A DNA stretch of 64,000 nucleotides, from the IMG/VR virus record IMGVR_UViG_3300035701_000006, positions 7,267 to 71,266 of that record; one strand, given 5' to 3'. The DNA comes from a virus. Its lineage: Duplodnaviria > Heunggongvirae > Uroviricota > Caudoviricetes. Of this stretch, positions 1-8,919 are shown one piece after another (the first letter of the stretch is position 1; each line of letters opens with the position of its first letter). The position numbers were made by a program, and so were the translations under genes. The notes below the pieces were generated by a model. It did not search any database. It saw only the letters and a list, made by a program, of their open reading frames with translations, and was not told where the DNA came from.

Positions 1-1
1 A

Positions 2-391
2 CCCACCATGCCCGTCTAGTATTTCTATCTTGCTTAGACATACTGCATATTTTGTGAAATCTATTTTCTGGAGCAATTCCAGCGTGCCATCGTAATGGAT
101 ATCACAATTAGAGACCATCGCTAAGTTCTTAATGTTCTGGTTGGCATAGTCTATCAATTCCTGATACGTGTGCCTCTTATGTGTATGAAGCACTTCTACT
201 TTGGGATCACCCCATAACTCCCTTAGTCGTACCGCTTCTGCCCATGGGCAAGTCTCAAGGCGGGCATCCTCCACGAACAAATCGATCTTGGTTATGAATT
301 TATTTATGACGTTTTGGTATAAAACTGCACAGAACTCTGCGAGACGCGCTGGGGTTGGTGGCAAATGGTAGCAGACGATTTGTGTTATCAC
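2..391 (-). CDS. Glycosyltransferase-like protein, partial (runs off window start)
   Basis: Hand-translated and not in the ORF track. GTG at 391 overlaps the TGA of the preceding gene. MITQIVCYHLPPTPARLAEFCAVLYQN...YQELIDYANQNIKNLAMVSNCDIHYD carries a DxxxD/NxDI GT-A-like motif. Confidence 0.5.
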   Translation of the reverse strand, partial: MITQIVCYHLPPTPARLAEFCAVLYQNVINKFITKIDLFVEDARLETCPWAEAVRLRELWGDPKVEVLHTHKRHTYQELIDYANQNIKNLAMVSNCDIHYDGTLELLQKIDFTKYAVCLSKIEILDGHGG

Positions 392-1170
392 CTGTATTGT
401 TCTAAAAATGGAGACAAGATACTCCAGCTCCGGGCGGCGTCATAGTTACGCTGGCCAATCAGGTGTTGGACGCAAGGTGGATGCGGCCCATGATAGTTGG
501 GGCTCTTCTTGCACCATTCAATAGATGCGAATCTCTGTTCCGGCGTCTGGGCGTGGCCTAGATAAAGCTTGTGGTGATTCACGGCTTTGACCGCAACCTG
601 ATTGTCAAAGCAATAACTATAGCGATGTATCGTTCCGCCTTCCAGAGGCCATAGGGCGAAATTGTTGCCACCAGGAGGCCAGCAACCATCACCCTGATCA
701 AGGCCTTTTTGCTGATTTGAATAAATTCGGGGAGCCTCGCCATATCCGTACCCCTGGCCACCGTCGAAGTTAAAATTCCCCCAGAAATGCCTCATTTTGA
801 AGGCGAGCGGACGCGCGCTGAGATTATAACAGTCCTCGCAAAGAATTTCGCATGCCTGCAGGTTGAGGACAAACGGCGTGGTGCATTGGGAAATCAGTTC
901 CTGAGTGGCGATTCCAATAGCAGTACCTCCGGTCTCGGGTCGCCATCTTCCAGGCACGACATCGACCTTGGCGTACTTAACTAGCGTTTGAAATGCCTCC
1001 ATCGTATTATCGGTGCATCCATAATTTCCTACGAGAAAATTGCATCCCAGAGGTAGCGCGGAAACAAAAGACTCGAGAAACGGATAATAGAGTGACATGA
1101 GATTATGAGCAACGACGATGATCGTTAATTTAGAATTCTCCGGTGAAGGAGTCCATTTTATTTTATGCAT
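388..1170 (-). CDS. GT2/GT-A-like glycosyltransferase
   Basis: The N-terminal LTIIVVAHN...FLVGNYGCTDNT resembles the GT2 nucleotide-binding start. QACE sits where DxD is expected. It lies in a sugar cluster. Confidence 0.55.
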   Translation of the reverse strand: MHKIKWTPSPENSKLTIIVVAHNLMSLYYPFLESFVSALPLGCNFLVGNYGCTDNTMEAFQTLVKYAKVDVVPGRWRPETGGTAIGIATQELISQCTTPFVLNLQACEILCEDCYNLSARPLAFKMRHFWGNFNFDGGQGYGYGEAPRIYSNQQKGLDQGDGCWPPGGNNFALWPLEGGTIHRYSYCFDNQVAVKAVNHHKLYLGHAQTPEQRFASIEWCKKSPNYHGPHPPCVQHLIGQRNYDAARSWSILSPFLEQYR

Positions 1171-1946
1171 AGTTTCTCTCTCAACACCGCTACCAGATTT
1201 TCATAGGTATGAACGACGACTGCCGAATTGTCCCAGATCGTCCACGGATAGATATACCCCATGAAAATGCGAGGCTTTCCAAGATTGTGTCTCGTGTAGG
1301 TGCAGGCATTCGCGCCGCTGGCCTGAGTAATGAAAGCGATGCACTTGTTGCTCAAATCGGACATTATCAAAAGGTTGTAAGAAGAGCCATCGTACACGTT
1401 TGGTAGTTTGACCTGCGGGTTCGCGGAACATAAGAAGTTATACTGCGGAAACGTAGTTGCCAAGTTATGAATATAGGCACCAACGCCGTGATTACACTGT
1501 CCGGACAGGGCGGGGCCATTTTCAACATATATGGTGCCTGGGGCACAGAGCGTGCTGAGATCGCGCAGTTGTAGTACTGGTGGCTCAGTTGGAAGATCCA
1601 GGAACGTGTTCGTATTATGCATGTGAATCTGTCTATTGAAGGTGTGGACCTGATTCACATGCGTCAATCCATAGACATTTAGGATGTCTGGGAAAATGCC
1701 GAACCACATGTTGAAAAATTCGAAATCTTTGGGGCATTCGGGTGTTGGCGTCGGAGACCCATACCCCAGGGGATAGCGTTCGCAGCCGAAGATCTTCACT
1801 CCATAGTCCTGCCAGAGGTACATCATAGGGGTAGGGCACTGGAGTAGAATGTTGGCGCCCGGAAACTTCTTAATGACCGCGTCTATGGCGACCCTTGTCA
1901 GCAATACGTCGCCGCTGTGTAAGCTATTGTGGATGAAGAAGTTCAT
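1158..1946 (-). CDS. GT9-like (GT-B) glycosyltransferase
   Basis: N-terminal HSGDVLLTRVAIDAVIKKFPGANI resembles the GT9 heptosyltransferase GD-motif start. Confidence 0.5.
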   Translation of the reverse strand: MNFFIHNSLHSGDVLLTRVAIDAVIKKFPGANILLQCPTPMMYLWQDYGVKIFGCERYPLGYGSPTPTPECPKDFEFFNMWFGIFPDILNVYGLTHVNQVHTFNRQIHMHNTNTFLDLPTEPPVLQLRDLSTLCAPGTIYVENGPALSGQCNHGVGAYIHNLATTFPQYNFLCSANPQVKLPNVYDGSSYNLLIMSDLSNKCIAFITQASGANACTYTRHNLGKPRIFMGYIYPWTIWDNSAVVVHTYENLVAVLREKLCIK

Positions 1947-1960
1947 GTTGTTTATCTTTT

Positions 1961-1969
1961 AGTACATAC
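1961..1969 (+). promoter_or_regulatory. Candidate late promoter AGTACATAC upstream of the plus-strand sugar operon
   Basis: The same 8-mer AGTACATA occurs upstream of the tail chaperone (7692), portal (38060) and scaffold (46563). Confidence 0.45.
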
Positions 1970-1973
1970 TTAC

Positions 1974-2831
1974 ATGCGCATTCTCACATTCGGACACGAT
2001 GGTCAAGATGGGTATTATCTGGAGAGGCTGTGTAGGCAGAGGGAATGGGGATTTTATGGGGTGTCGCGCAAGAGCGGGTTTGTAACTGGCGACGTCTCTG
2101 ATATGAGAGTCGTGCGGACAGCCATCTCGCAGACAAACCCGGATGCTATCATAAACTTGGCGGCCAACAGCAGCATACAGCACCGGGCGGTCCTCGAGAA
2201 TAATAGGACGATAGTAACCGGGAATCTCAATATCCTGGAGGCTGCCTATGAACATGACAAGGACGTTCGGGTCTTTGTCACGGGTAGCGGTCTCCAATTC
2301 AAGAATAACGGCAATCCTGTTGCCTGGAGCGATCCATTTGAGGGCAGAGATCCTTATTCCGTGGCGAGGATTGCCTCGGTTTACCAGGCTCGCTATTACC
2401 GGTCGCTTGGTATGCAGGTCTACGTGGGGTATCTCTTCCACCATGAGAGTCCACTAAGGAATAAGTCCTGCGTTAGCCAAATGACATTGAATGCCGCGAA
2501 GAAACGCGAGCGGTTCTCTATCGGCGACGTCGACGTGAAGAAGGAATGGGGTTTTGCCGGCGACATAGCTGACGGGATAATGACCCTCCTATGTCAGAGC
2601 CAGGTATTTGAGGCCACGATTGGAACTGGGGTGGCGCACTCCATTAAAGACTGGATGTCATTGTGCTTTTCTCGTTTCGGGCTGAACTGGGAGGATTATT
2701 GGGACCCTGTCCCAGGCTATGCTCCTGATTTTTCAACGCTGATCTCCGACACTAGGGTCATGGATAAGCTCGGATGGCGCCACAAGACGGACCTGCCTGG
2801 ACTCCTGGAGATCATGGATCATGGAACGTAA
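1974..2831 (+). CDS. GDP-mannose 4,6-dehydratase-like extended SDR (variant active site)
   Basis: GHDGQDGYYL Rossmann motif, NLAA, LFHHESPLR and EWGFAGD match the GMD family. The start is placed at ATG 1974. Confidence 0.8.
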   Translation: MRILTFGHDGQDGYYLERLCRQREWGFYGVSRKSGFVTGDVSDMRVVRTAISQTNPDAIINLAANSSIQHRAVLENNRTIVTGNLNILEAAYEHDKDVRVFVTGSGLQFKNNGNPVAWSDPFEGRDPYSVARIASVYQARYYRSLGMQVYVGYLFHHESPLRNKSCVSQMTLNAAKKRERFSIGDVDVKKEWGFAGDIADGIMTLLCQSQVFEATIGTGVAHSIKDWMSLCFSRFGLNWEDYWDPVPGYAPDFSTLISDTRVMDKLGWRHKTDLPGLLEIMDHGT

Positions 2832-3486
2832 GATAATGCTACTATGGCCGACAGTAAGGCCACAGCAATGCAGGGAGATGTTTTGCAAATGGGTGAGTCT
2901 TGCAGTACACCCGCAGAATGTTAAAATCAAGATCGCCGTGAATACGCAGGCTCAGCGAGAGATTTTGGGCGAATTTGGCGACGTCATGGTTACAGGGGAT
3001 GACAGGCCAGGCGCTGCCTACCCCTCATATTGTCTTACGCAATCTGTCTGGGGTCTTGCCGCAACGGATGTCGTCATTCTTGCAACTGATGACATGCAGC
3101 CACCCAAGTCCTGGGACGCCTGGGTCCTGGAGCAATTCGAAGGGTTCGACGGGTGTCTCATGGTGAACGACGGATACCAGACGGGCGAGTGTGTGACCTT
3201 GCCCATCATGACGTATAGCTGCCTGCTCCGTCTGAACAAGATCATTTTTCATCCGGCTTATTCACACAATTTCGTTGACAGCGAGCTTTACGACGTGTGT
3301 TCCGGGCTTGGCCTGCTCAAGAATTTGAGAGGGCCAGACCAGCCGATCTTCGAACATGTTCACTGGGCTGCCGGCAAGCGTGCGACTGACGAGCATGACG
3401 ACCGCGTGAAGGTGCTATTCTGGGCCGATAAAGAAAAATATCTAAATCGGAAAAGCCTGCCGATTGTAGAAAGGCTGAAAGCGTGA
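2821..3486 (+). CDS. GT-A glycosyltransferase
   Basis: VILATDDMQP acidic motif and FVDSEL and FEHVHW C-terminal motifs. It is translationally coupled to its neighbours. Confidence 0.65.
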   Translation: MERKIMLLWPTVRPQQCREMFCKWVSLAVHPQNVKIKIAVNTQAQREILGEFGDVMVTGDDRPGAAYPSYCLTQSVWGLAATDVVILATDDMQPPKSWDAWVLEQFEGFDGCLMVNDGYQTGECVTLPIMTYSCLLRLNKIIFHPAYSHNFVDSELYDVCSGLGLLKNLRGPDQPIFEHVHWAAGKRATDEHDDRVKVLFWADKEKYLNRKSLPIVERLKA

Positions 3487-4550
3487 AGTTCTTCAACATC
3501 GACCTGCACGTGGCGGTCATCGAAGACGTCGCCAGGATGCTCCAGGAGCTCGGGCACGAGGTGACCAGCATTAACATGTCCGGTCACAATTGGGTCTTCG
3601 GTCGGCAGCCGGCGACCGGCTTCGGACCCGTGAATACACAGACGTGGCAGTCAGTCACCCCGGATCAGTTTTTCGGTGCGACATATAATCAGCTCAAGGA
3701 ATTCGGCGGCTTCATCGCAACCTATCCGCCGTCCCTGAGCCAGATCTACGAGCGGTTTGGCAAGCCCATCATCTGCGTGATTCCGATCCGGTACGAGTAT
3801 CCTTACCACGGCAACCCGGACGCGTGGCGGGCCCTGAATGCGTTCTTCCTGAGGATGCACGCGTACAGAAAGATAGTTTTCGTGGCCAATGGCATGTACG
3901 ACAGCGAGTATTTTCACCATTTTACCGGCATTAAGCCCTTACTCATCCAGAGCCTGTGCGAGTACGTCGGAGTCAACTACGCGCCCGAGTACGACACGGC
4001 GCTTATCATGGACACCAGGTCCAACGCCGCGGTTAATGAATGCGTCGAGGCGGTTCCGCAGGCAAGGCCTGTTCGCGCCGTCTATGGCCGGTTCCAGTGG
4101 TCGGACCTGACAAAGCACAAGGCCCTCATCCATATCCCTTTCAACAGCGGGTCCATGTCGTTCTCGGAACACTATTATATGAACATCCCCATCTTCGTGC
4201 CCTCAAAAGATTTCTTACTGGATCTCCACAAGAGGCATAGCGTCCTGAACGAGATCTCATGGAACGGCACCTTTGGATTACAACCCAAGTCCTGTATCGA
4301 GGGTGTCAGGACGGACATGCCAGATCCGAACGATTATGTCAATCCGGAGACTGTCAGGATCTGGATGGACCTCAATGACTTCTACCAGTTGCCCTACATC
4401 ATCCAGTTCTCGTCATTCTGCGACCTGAAGCAGAAGCTCTTGAGCACGGATCTCGCCGACGTCAGCAAGAAGATGCAGGTTTTCAACCAGTCCAGGAAGG
4501 CGATCATCCGGAAGGCTTGGATGAGAGCCCTTGCAAAGGTGGGGATATGA
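3483..4550 (+). CDS. Putative GT-B glycosyltransferase / sugar-modifying enzyme
   Basis: MKFFNIDLH start, HKALIHIPFNSGSMSFSEHYYMNIPIFVP resembling the GT-B C-terminal E-x7 region, and operon context. Confidence 0.45.
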   Translation: MKFFNIDLHVAVIEDVARMLQELGHEVTSINMSGHNWVFGRQPATGFGPVNTQTWQSVTPDQFFGATYNQLKEFGGFIATYPPSLSQIYERFGKPIICVIPIRYEYPYHGNPDAWRALNAFFLRMHAYRKIVFVANGMYDSEYFHHFTGIKPLLIQSLCEYVGVNYAPEYDTALIMDTRSNAAVNECVEAVPQARPVRAVYGRFQWSDLTKHKALIHIPFNSGSMSFSEHYYMNIPIFVPSKDFLLDLHKRHSVLNEISWNGTFGLQPKSCIEGVRTDMPDPNDYVNPETVRIWMDLNDFYQLPYIIQFSSFCDLKQKLLSTDLADVSKKMQVFNQSRKAIIRKAWMRALAKVGI

Positions 4551-5128
4551 CCGTAGAAATCCACCCGATCGGCGTCATGCGTACGACACCAAGCTCGGCA
4601 GGCTGGATTGGCATGTGCTGGAATGCCGATCGGACTTGCTTATATGAGACGGTTCTCGAGGCCAAGCCAAAGTTAATCTTCGAGGTTGGTACTTGGCTCG
4701 GCGGCGGAAGTACGATGTATCTAGCCAAAGGCCTTCAAAAGAACGGGTTTGGCGAACTTCACACATCTGAAATCGATGCAGCCATCCACCAGCAGGCTTT
4801 GGCGAATTATCAGGCCGAATTCCCGGAGCTGCTTCCCTTCGTGAAGTTCCATCTGGGCAACAGCCTGGAAGTCTTTCCTCCGGTCTTGGTAGGCAAATCC
4901 ATAGACGTCATCTTCCTGGACGGAGCCGAGAACGCCGAGGAATCCGTGCGTCAATTCTTGATGTTCGAGCCTTTCACGCACCCGGAATCTATTCTCATGG
5001 CTCATGACTGGAACACGGAGAAGATGCGGTCGCTCCGACCCATTCTCGAAAGTTCCAAGGTCTGGAAGATCTTGAAGGTCATTGGTCCTCCGGAAAGCGT
5101 AGGCTTCGTTAAAGCAGTCCGTCTATGA
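4547..5128 (+). CDS. Class I SAM-dependent methyltransferase (Methyltransf_24-like)
   Basis: IFEVGTWLGGGST motif I, then LHTSEID, VIFLDGAE and LMAHDW. Confidence 0.8.
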   Translation: MTVEIHPIGVMRTTPSSAGWIGMCWNADRTCLYETVLEAKPKLIFEVGTWLGGGSTMYLAKGLQKNGFGELHTSEIDAAIHQQALANYQAEFPELLPFVKFHLGNSLEVFPPVLVGKSIDVIFLDGAENAEESVRQFLMFEPFTHPESILMAHDWNTEKMRSLRPILESSKVWKILKVIGPPESVGFVKAVRL

Positions 5129-5985
5129 GAATTCTGATTGCGGACCGGCTTCTAACGGGACGCCCTCACGCGGATTGGAAGGAAGGGTGGGAGTTATATT
5201 ATGCCTTCAGAAACCTGGGCATAAGCGCATCCATCGCTGGTCCGGGCTGTCCGATGCCAGAGAAGGACATACCAGACGTCGCCAGCCTGTACGATTTTGT
5301 CATCATCGTTGATAATTACCCACAGGGTGCTTGGACGTGGTGGGATTGGGCGGCTATCAAGATTCCGAAGCTGTTCTATGCTATCGATACCCACGTAAAG
5401 GAGTTCCGTGCCTGGGTACCCGGGTTTGTCGAGATGACGAAGATGGACGTTGTGGCCCTGAACAATCCCCGAGATTCGTCGCTCTTCCCCGGTCGGAAGA
5501 CGTTTTGGCTTCCATACGCCGCCTCGAGGAATTTCGGCGGCGATAGCGTTGTTCAACGGGAGCGCGACGTCGCCTTCATTGGCGGGCCGAACAAGGAGAG
5601 GACAGAACTGTTCGATAGCCTTGGTGGTGTTACGACGATATCTGCCTTTGGCGACGACTATCTTCGGGAAATGCGTAAGTCCAGGATTTGTTTGAACCTC
5701 CCCATAAGCTACGACATCAACGCCAAATACTTCGAAATACCCGCTTCTGGTACGTTTATGCTGGCTAAAGCGCATGAAGAGCTGCAATCGATCCTACACA
5801 AAGACATGCAGGAGATGTTCTGGAAGGACGAGCAGGACCTCAAGGATAAGATATTATACTACCTCGCTCATGATTCGGAGCGGGAGGGTCTGGCGACCAG
5901 CGCCAGGAAGTATATCCTCGCCGAGCACAGCTGGGAGAACAGGGCGAAGCTCATCCTTTCACAGATGGGATTTGAGCAAAGATAA
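5125..5985 (+). CDS. CgeB-family (GT-B) glycosyltransferase
   Basis: FWLPYAA, DVAFIGG, SRICLNL, NAKYFEIPASGTFML and LAEHSWENRA are typical of CgeB/GT1_2 C-terminal domains. Confidence 0.8.
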   Translation: MRILIADRLLTGRPHADWKEGWELYYAFRNLGISASIAGPGCPMPEKDIPDVASLYDFVIIVDNYPQGAWTWWDWAAIKIPKLFYAIDTHVKEFRAWVPGFVEMTKMDVVALNNPRDSSLFPGRKTFWLPYAASRNFGGDSVVQRERDVAFIGGPNKERTELFDSLGGVTTISAFGDDYLREMRKSRICLNLPISYDINAKYFEIPASGTFMLAKAHEELQSILHKDMQEMFWKDEQDLKDKILYYLAHDSEREGLATSARKYILAEHSWENRAKLILSQMGFEQR

Positions 5986-6021
5986 CCTGAGGCATATAGT
6001 AAATAACTCAGGAGGAATGCG

Positions 6022-6564
6022 ATGCCTGGTTTCAACATTATCGGCAGCGAAGTGGACCACCAGGGTCTCAAGGTGCCGTCTGCTAACATCGAGACCAGAA
6101 GGACGCATCGGTGGGTCTTTGCGCTCCTTCAGCCCATGACGGACGCGTCTCTCGTCATCCTGAAGAAGGCTGCGCGACCCAGCTTCAACTTCGACGAAGT
6201 CGAGATGCACCACGACCAGGAAGTCTCCTGGTTTGCTGGTAAGCAGAAGTGGGACGCGATCGAGCTCGAGTGGTACGACGCCGAGCAGGATCCGGAGGTT
6301 TCCGGCGGCATCTACGACTGGCTGAACGCCGTTACCGATCTGCGAAACGTCAAGGTCTCGAAGCCCAGTAAGTTCCCGTCCGGCTACAAATCCAGGGGCG
6401 AGCTCCACATGACGGATGGCCAGGGCAGCTCCACGGAGAAGTGGACCATTCACAACGTGTGGCCGTCGAAGGTCAATTGGAATACGCTCGATTACACCTC
6501 CTCGGAAATACAGACAATCGCTGTCACCATCCGTTATGACCGGGCGACAAGATTGGATCAGTAG
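6022..6564 (+). CDS. gp19: Tail tube protein (T4 gp19-like), probable major tube
   Basis: RPSFNFDEVEMHH, AGKQKWDAIELEWYD, WPSKVNWNTLDYTSSEI and TIRYDRA. Strong SD AGGAGG and C-ending codons. Confidence 0.85.
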   Translation: MPGFNIIGSEVDHQGLKVPSANIETRRTHRWVFALLQPMTDASLVILKKAARPSFNFDEVEMHHDQEVSWFAGKQKWDAIELEWYDAEQDPEVSGGIYDWLNAVTDLRNVKVSKPSKFPSGYKSRGELHMTDGQGSSTEKWTIHNVWPSKVNWNTLDYTSSEIQTIAVTIRYDRATRLDQ

Positions 6565-6588
6565 ATGCGTCGTGAGCTAGCCGGTAAT

Positions 6589-6620
6589 GAGGACCCTGGT
6601 GACAGGGTCCTCTTTGTATT
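6589..6620 (+). terminator. Intrinsic terminator after the first tube gene
   Basis: GAGGACCCTG-GTGA-CAGGGTCCTC (10-bp stem, GNRA loop) followed by TTTGTATTT. Confidence 0.7.
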
Positions 6621-6629
6621 TGGAACCTT

Positions 6630-7169
6630 ATGCCTGGTTTCAATATCATAGGTAGAGAGGTCAGTCCTTCCGCGAACGCGTCCATAGAGACGCGCCGTCG
6701 ACACCGTTGGGCGTTTTCCGTCACCAGTGCTCCACTGGGCATGAATTCCTACCTCAGGGACATTACGGTTTATGCCCTGAAGGTTGACAGGCCTAAGGCC
6801 GTCATCGACAAGATCCTGGTCCATCATGGACAGGATGTCATCTACATCCCGGGCAAGAGCAAGTGGGAGCCCGTTGAGGTAACATTCTACGAAACGGAAA
6901 ATCCCGATGCGACGAAGGCGCTCTACAGCTGGCTTTGGACCGTCGTGAACTTCAACCTGTCAGTGCTCAAGAAGGAGTTCCGGTCCGAGGCTAGGATCGA
7001 CATGCTGGACGGCGGTGGCAACTCGACATGGGTCGCCACGCTAAAGAATGCCTGGCCCGTTCAGATAAGTATGGAGTCGCTGGACTACTCGTCCTCGGAA
7101 ATTGCCAAGACGACGATGACCGTGAGCTATGATAAGGCCGACATGTCCCATTCAGAATCAGTTGAATAA
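6630..7169 (+). CDS. gp19-like tail tube paralogue 2
   Basis: Shares MPGFNIIG, ETRR.HRW, GKSKWEPVEVTFYE, AWP and LDYSSSEI with the first tube protein. Confidence 0.8.
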   Translation: MPGFNIIGREVSPSANASIETRRRHRWAFSVTSAPLGMNSYLRDITVYALKVDRPKAVIDKILVHHGQDVIYIPGKSKWEPVEVTFYETENPDATKALYSWLWTVVNFNLSVLKKEFRSEARIDMLDGGGNSTWVATLKNAWPVQISMESLDYSSSEIAKTTMTVSYDKADMSHSESVE

Positions 7170-7675
7170 TGCCCGGATTCAAAGTCTTCGGCACGGAACA
7201 GGGCGTCGCGGTCCCAAACGTGCTGCTCAAGCACCAATGGGAGATCGTCAAGCTAGGTCCTATCCAGATCAACGACACGTCCCCCGCGAGATATGCTAAG
7301 GAAGTCGAGCTGCCTAAGATCTCATTCGAAGAGGAGCAGGTCCGCGGCGCTGCCCTCATCTACAAGTTCGCTTCGATGGCCAAGTGGGAGGACGTGAACG
7401 TCACGTTCTACGACACGGAAGGTCTTGCCGCGCAGATAGAATCCTGGCGCAAGCTCGTCTACTCTGACGAGAACGGAATCGGCCTCGCATCTGACTACAA
7501 GCAGACGAGCAAGTTCAGGCTCATTGACCGCGACGCAAGCGGTAGCACCCTCGTGATGTTCACACTCAATAATAGCTGGCCGAAGACCATAGGCTACGGT
7601 CAGCTCACCTACACGGACAGTGACGCCAAGATCATTAGCCTCACCCTCAGCTACGACTACGCTGTCATCGAGTAG
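7169..7675 (+). CDS. gp19-like tail tube paralogue 3
   Basis: MPGF start, AKWEDVNVTFYD, SWPKTI and LTLSYDYA. Confidence 0.75.
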   Translation: MPGFKVFGTEQGVAVPNVLLKHQWEIVKLGPIQINDTSPARYAKEVELPKISFEEEQVRGAALIYKFASMAKWEDVNVTFYDTEGLAAQIESWRKLVYSDENGIGLASDYKQTSKFRLIDRDASGSTLVMFTLNNSWPKTIGYGQLTYTDSDAKIISLTLSYDYAVIE

Positions 7676-7724
7676 TCTGCGCACCCTCCGTAGTACATAA
7701 CGCCGGATCATAAGGAGATACCCT

Positions 7725-8690
7725 GTGGACGAGAAGCAGAAGGACCTTCAGCAGCCGGTTGCCGACATCAGCAGCGTCCTGAGGCCGGGGATGAAGGCGG
7801 AAGACCTCCTGGATGCCGTCCTAAATTCCAGGGACATCATCCCGTGGGAGCCCGTGGCCCTTCCGAGCCAGGGCGCCTACTACAAGGGCGAAAAGGGCGA
7901 GCCGCTTATGCCGGACGGGATGGTGCAGGTGAGGCCGATGGGTATCTTCGCGGATAAGGCGCTGGCGACCGCCAGGCTCGCCCAGAGCGGCAAGTCGCTG
8001 GATTGGCTGTTCAGAAAGTGCGTGAAGCTGCCGGAGGGATTCGACCCCCTCGATCTCATCATTGGCGACCGCATTTTCCTGTTGTATTACCTGCGCGGTA
8101 TCACGCACGGTCCGGAGTATGAATTCATCGTGAAGTGCAGCAATGCAGACTGCGGCAAGTCGTCCGAGCAGTTCTACAACCTGTCAGATCTGATCCGGAC
8201 CGTCGTGCCGCCGAACGAGTCGCTGGGCCAGGAGCCGTTCAAGGTCCCGCTGCCGTACATGTCCAAGGTGACGAAGCAAGAGTTCTATGTTGGCGTCAGG
8301 TTGCTGCGCGGCAAGGACACGCAGGATATCATCACGCGCAGAAACTTCCAGAACATGATCAAGCCCCGGGTGGCCAGGCCCAAGTCGGACGTCGACCAGC
8401 TCAACATCGGCGGCGTTAACGAGACCCTCGACGAGACCGTCTCCAAGAACCTGCAGCTCGTCATCGTGCACGTCATGGGCATTCCGGACAGGAGCAAGAT
8501 CGAGAAGTTCGTGGAGCAGATGCACTCTGAGGACACGGCGACGGTGCGGGAATTCCTGCGTGAGAATTCGCCTGGAATCGACACGCAGCTCGTGATCACG
8601 TGCCCGCATTGCGGCATCGAGACGACGGTCGATATGCCGATAACGGAATCCTTTTTTCGTCCATCGCGGAAGCGAAGAACTGGACAATGA
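7725..8690 (+). CDS. Tail/baseplate assembly chaperone (T4 gp26-like)
   Basis: Two repeats of the chaperone module (VRPM, DRIFLLYYLR, C-x4-C, then CPHC). It ends ...SFFRP and follows the tube genes. Confidence 0.65.
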   Translation: MDEKQKDLQQPVADISSVLRPGMKAEDLLDAVLNSRDIIPWEPVALPSQGAYYKGEKGEPLMPDGMVQVRPMGIFADKALATARLAQSGKSLDWLFRKCVKLPEGFDPLDLIIGDRIFLLYYLRGITHGPEYEFIVKCSNADCGKSSEQFYNLSDLIRTVVPPNESLGQEPFKVPLPYMSKVTKQEFYVGVRLLRGKDTQDIITRRNFQNMIKPRVARPKSDVDQLNIGGVNETLDETVSKNLQLVIVHVMGIPDRSKIEKFVEQMHSEDTATVREFLRENSPGIDTQLVITCPHCGIETTVDMPITESFFRPSRKRRTGQ

Positions 8691-8883
8691 GTGGTTCCAC
8701 ATTATGGAGCAAAGCTTCCAGCTGAAGTATTTTGGGAGGTATTCGCTGTTCGAGCAGGACCTTATGACGGCGGAGGAACGCAACTGGAATCTCAAGAGGC
8801 TTGATAGGCAGATTAAGGAGGAGAATAAGCAATCCCAGCGCGGAGCCACCTCACCTCACGTCCCCAGACCACCTCACGCATAG
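8644..8883 (+). CDS. gp51-like chaperone C-terminal ORF (ATG 8704, or +1 frameshift extension of 7725-8690)
   Basis: Hand translation ...EELDNEWFHIMEQSFQLKYFGRYSLFEQDLMTAEERNWNLKRLDRQIKEENK shows the M..EER..L...I.EE pattern of T4 gp51-like proteins. Confidence 0.6.
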   Translation, partial: RNPFFVHRGSEELDNEWFHIMEQSFQLKYFGRYSLFEQDLMTAEERNWNLKRLDRQIKEENKQSQRGATSPHVPRPPHA

Positions 8884-8919
8884 CTGCCTCAAAGATAACG
8901 TGATCATCTTGGAGCTCAT

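Noticed and set aside
1929-1973. Track start of the SDR at 1929, and similarly 4517, 59533, 34088, 53376 and 19115
   Set aside because: These upstream extensions overlap other genes or promoters. Downstream ATGs fit the domain starts and SD positions better.
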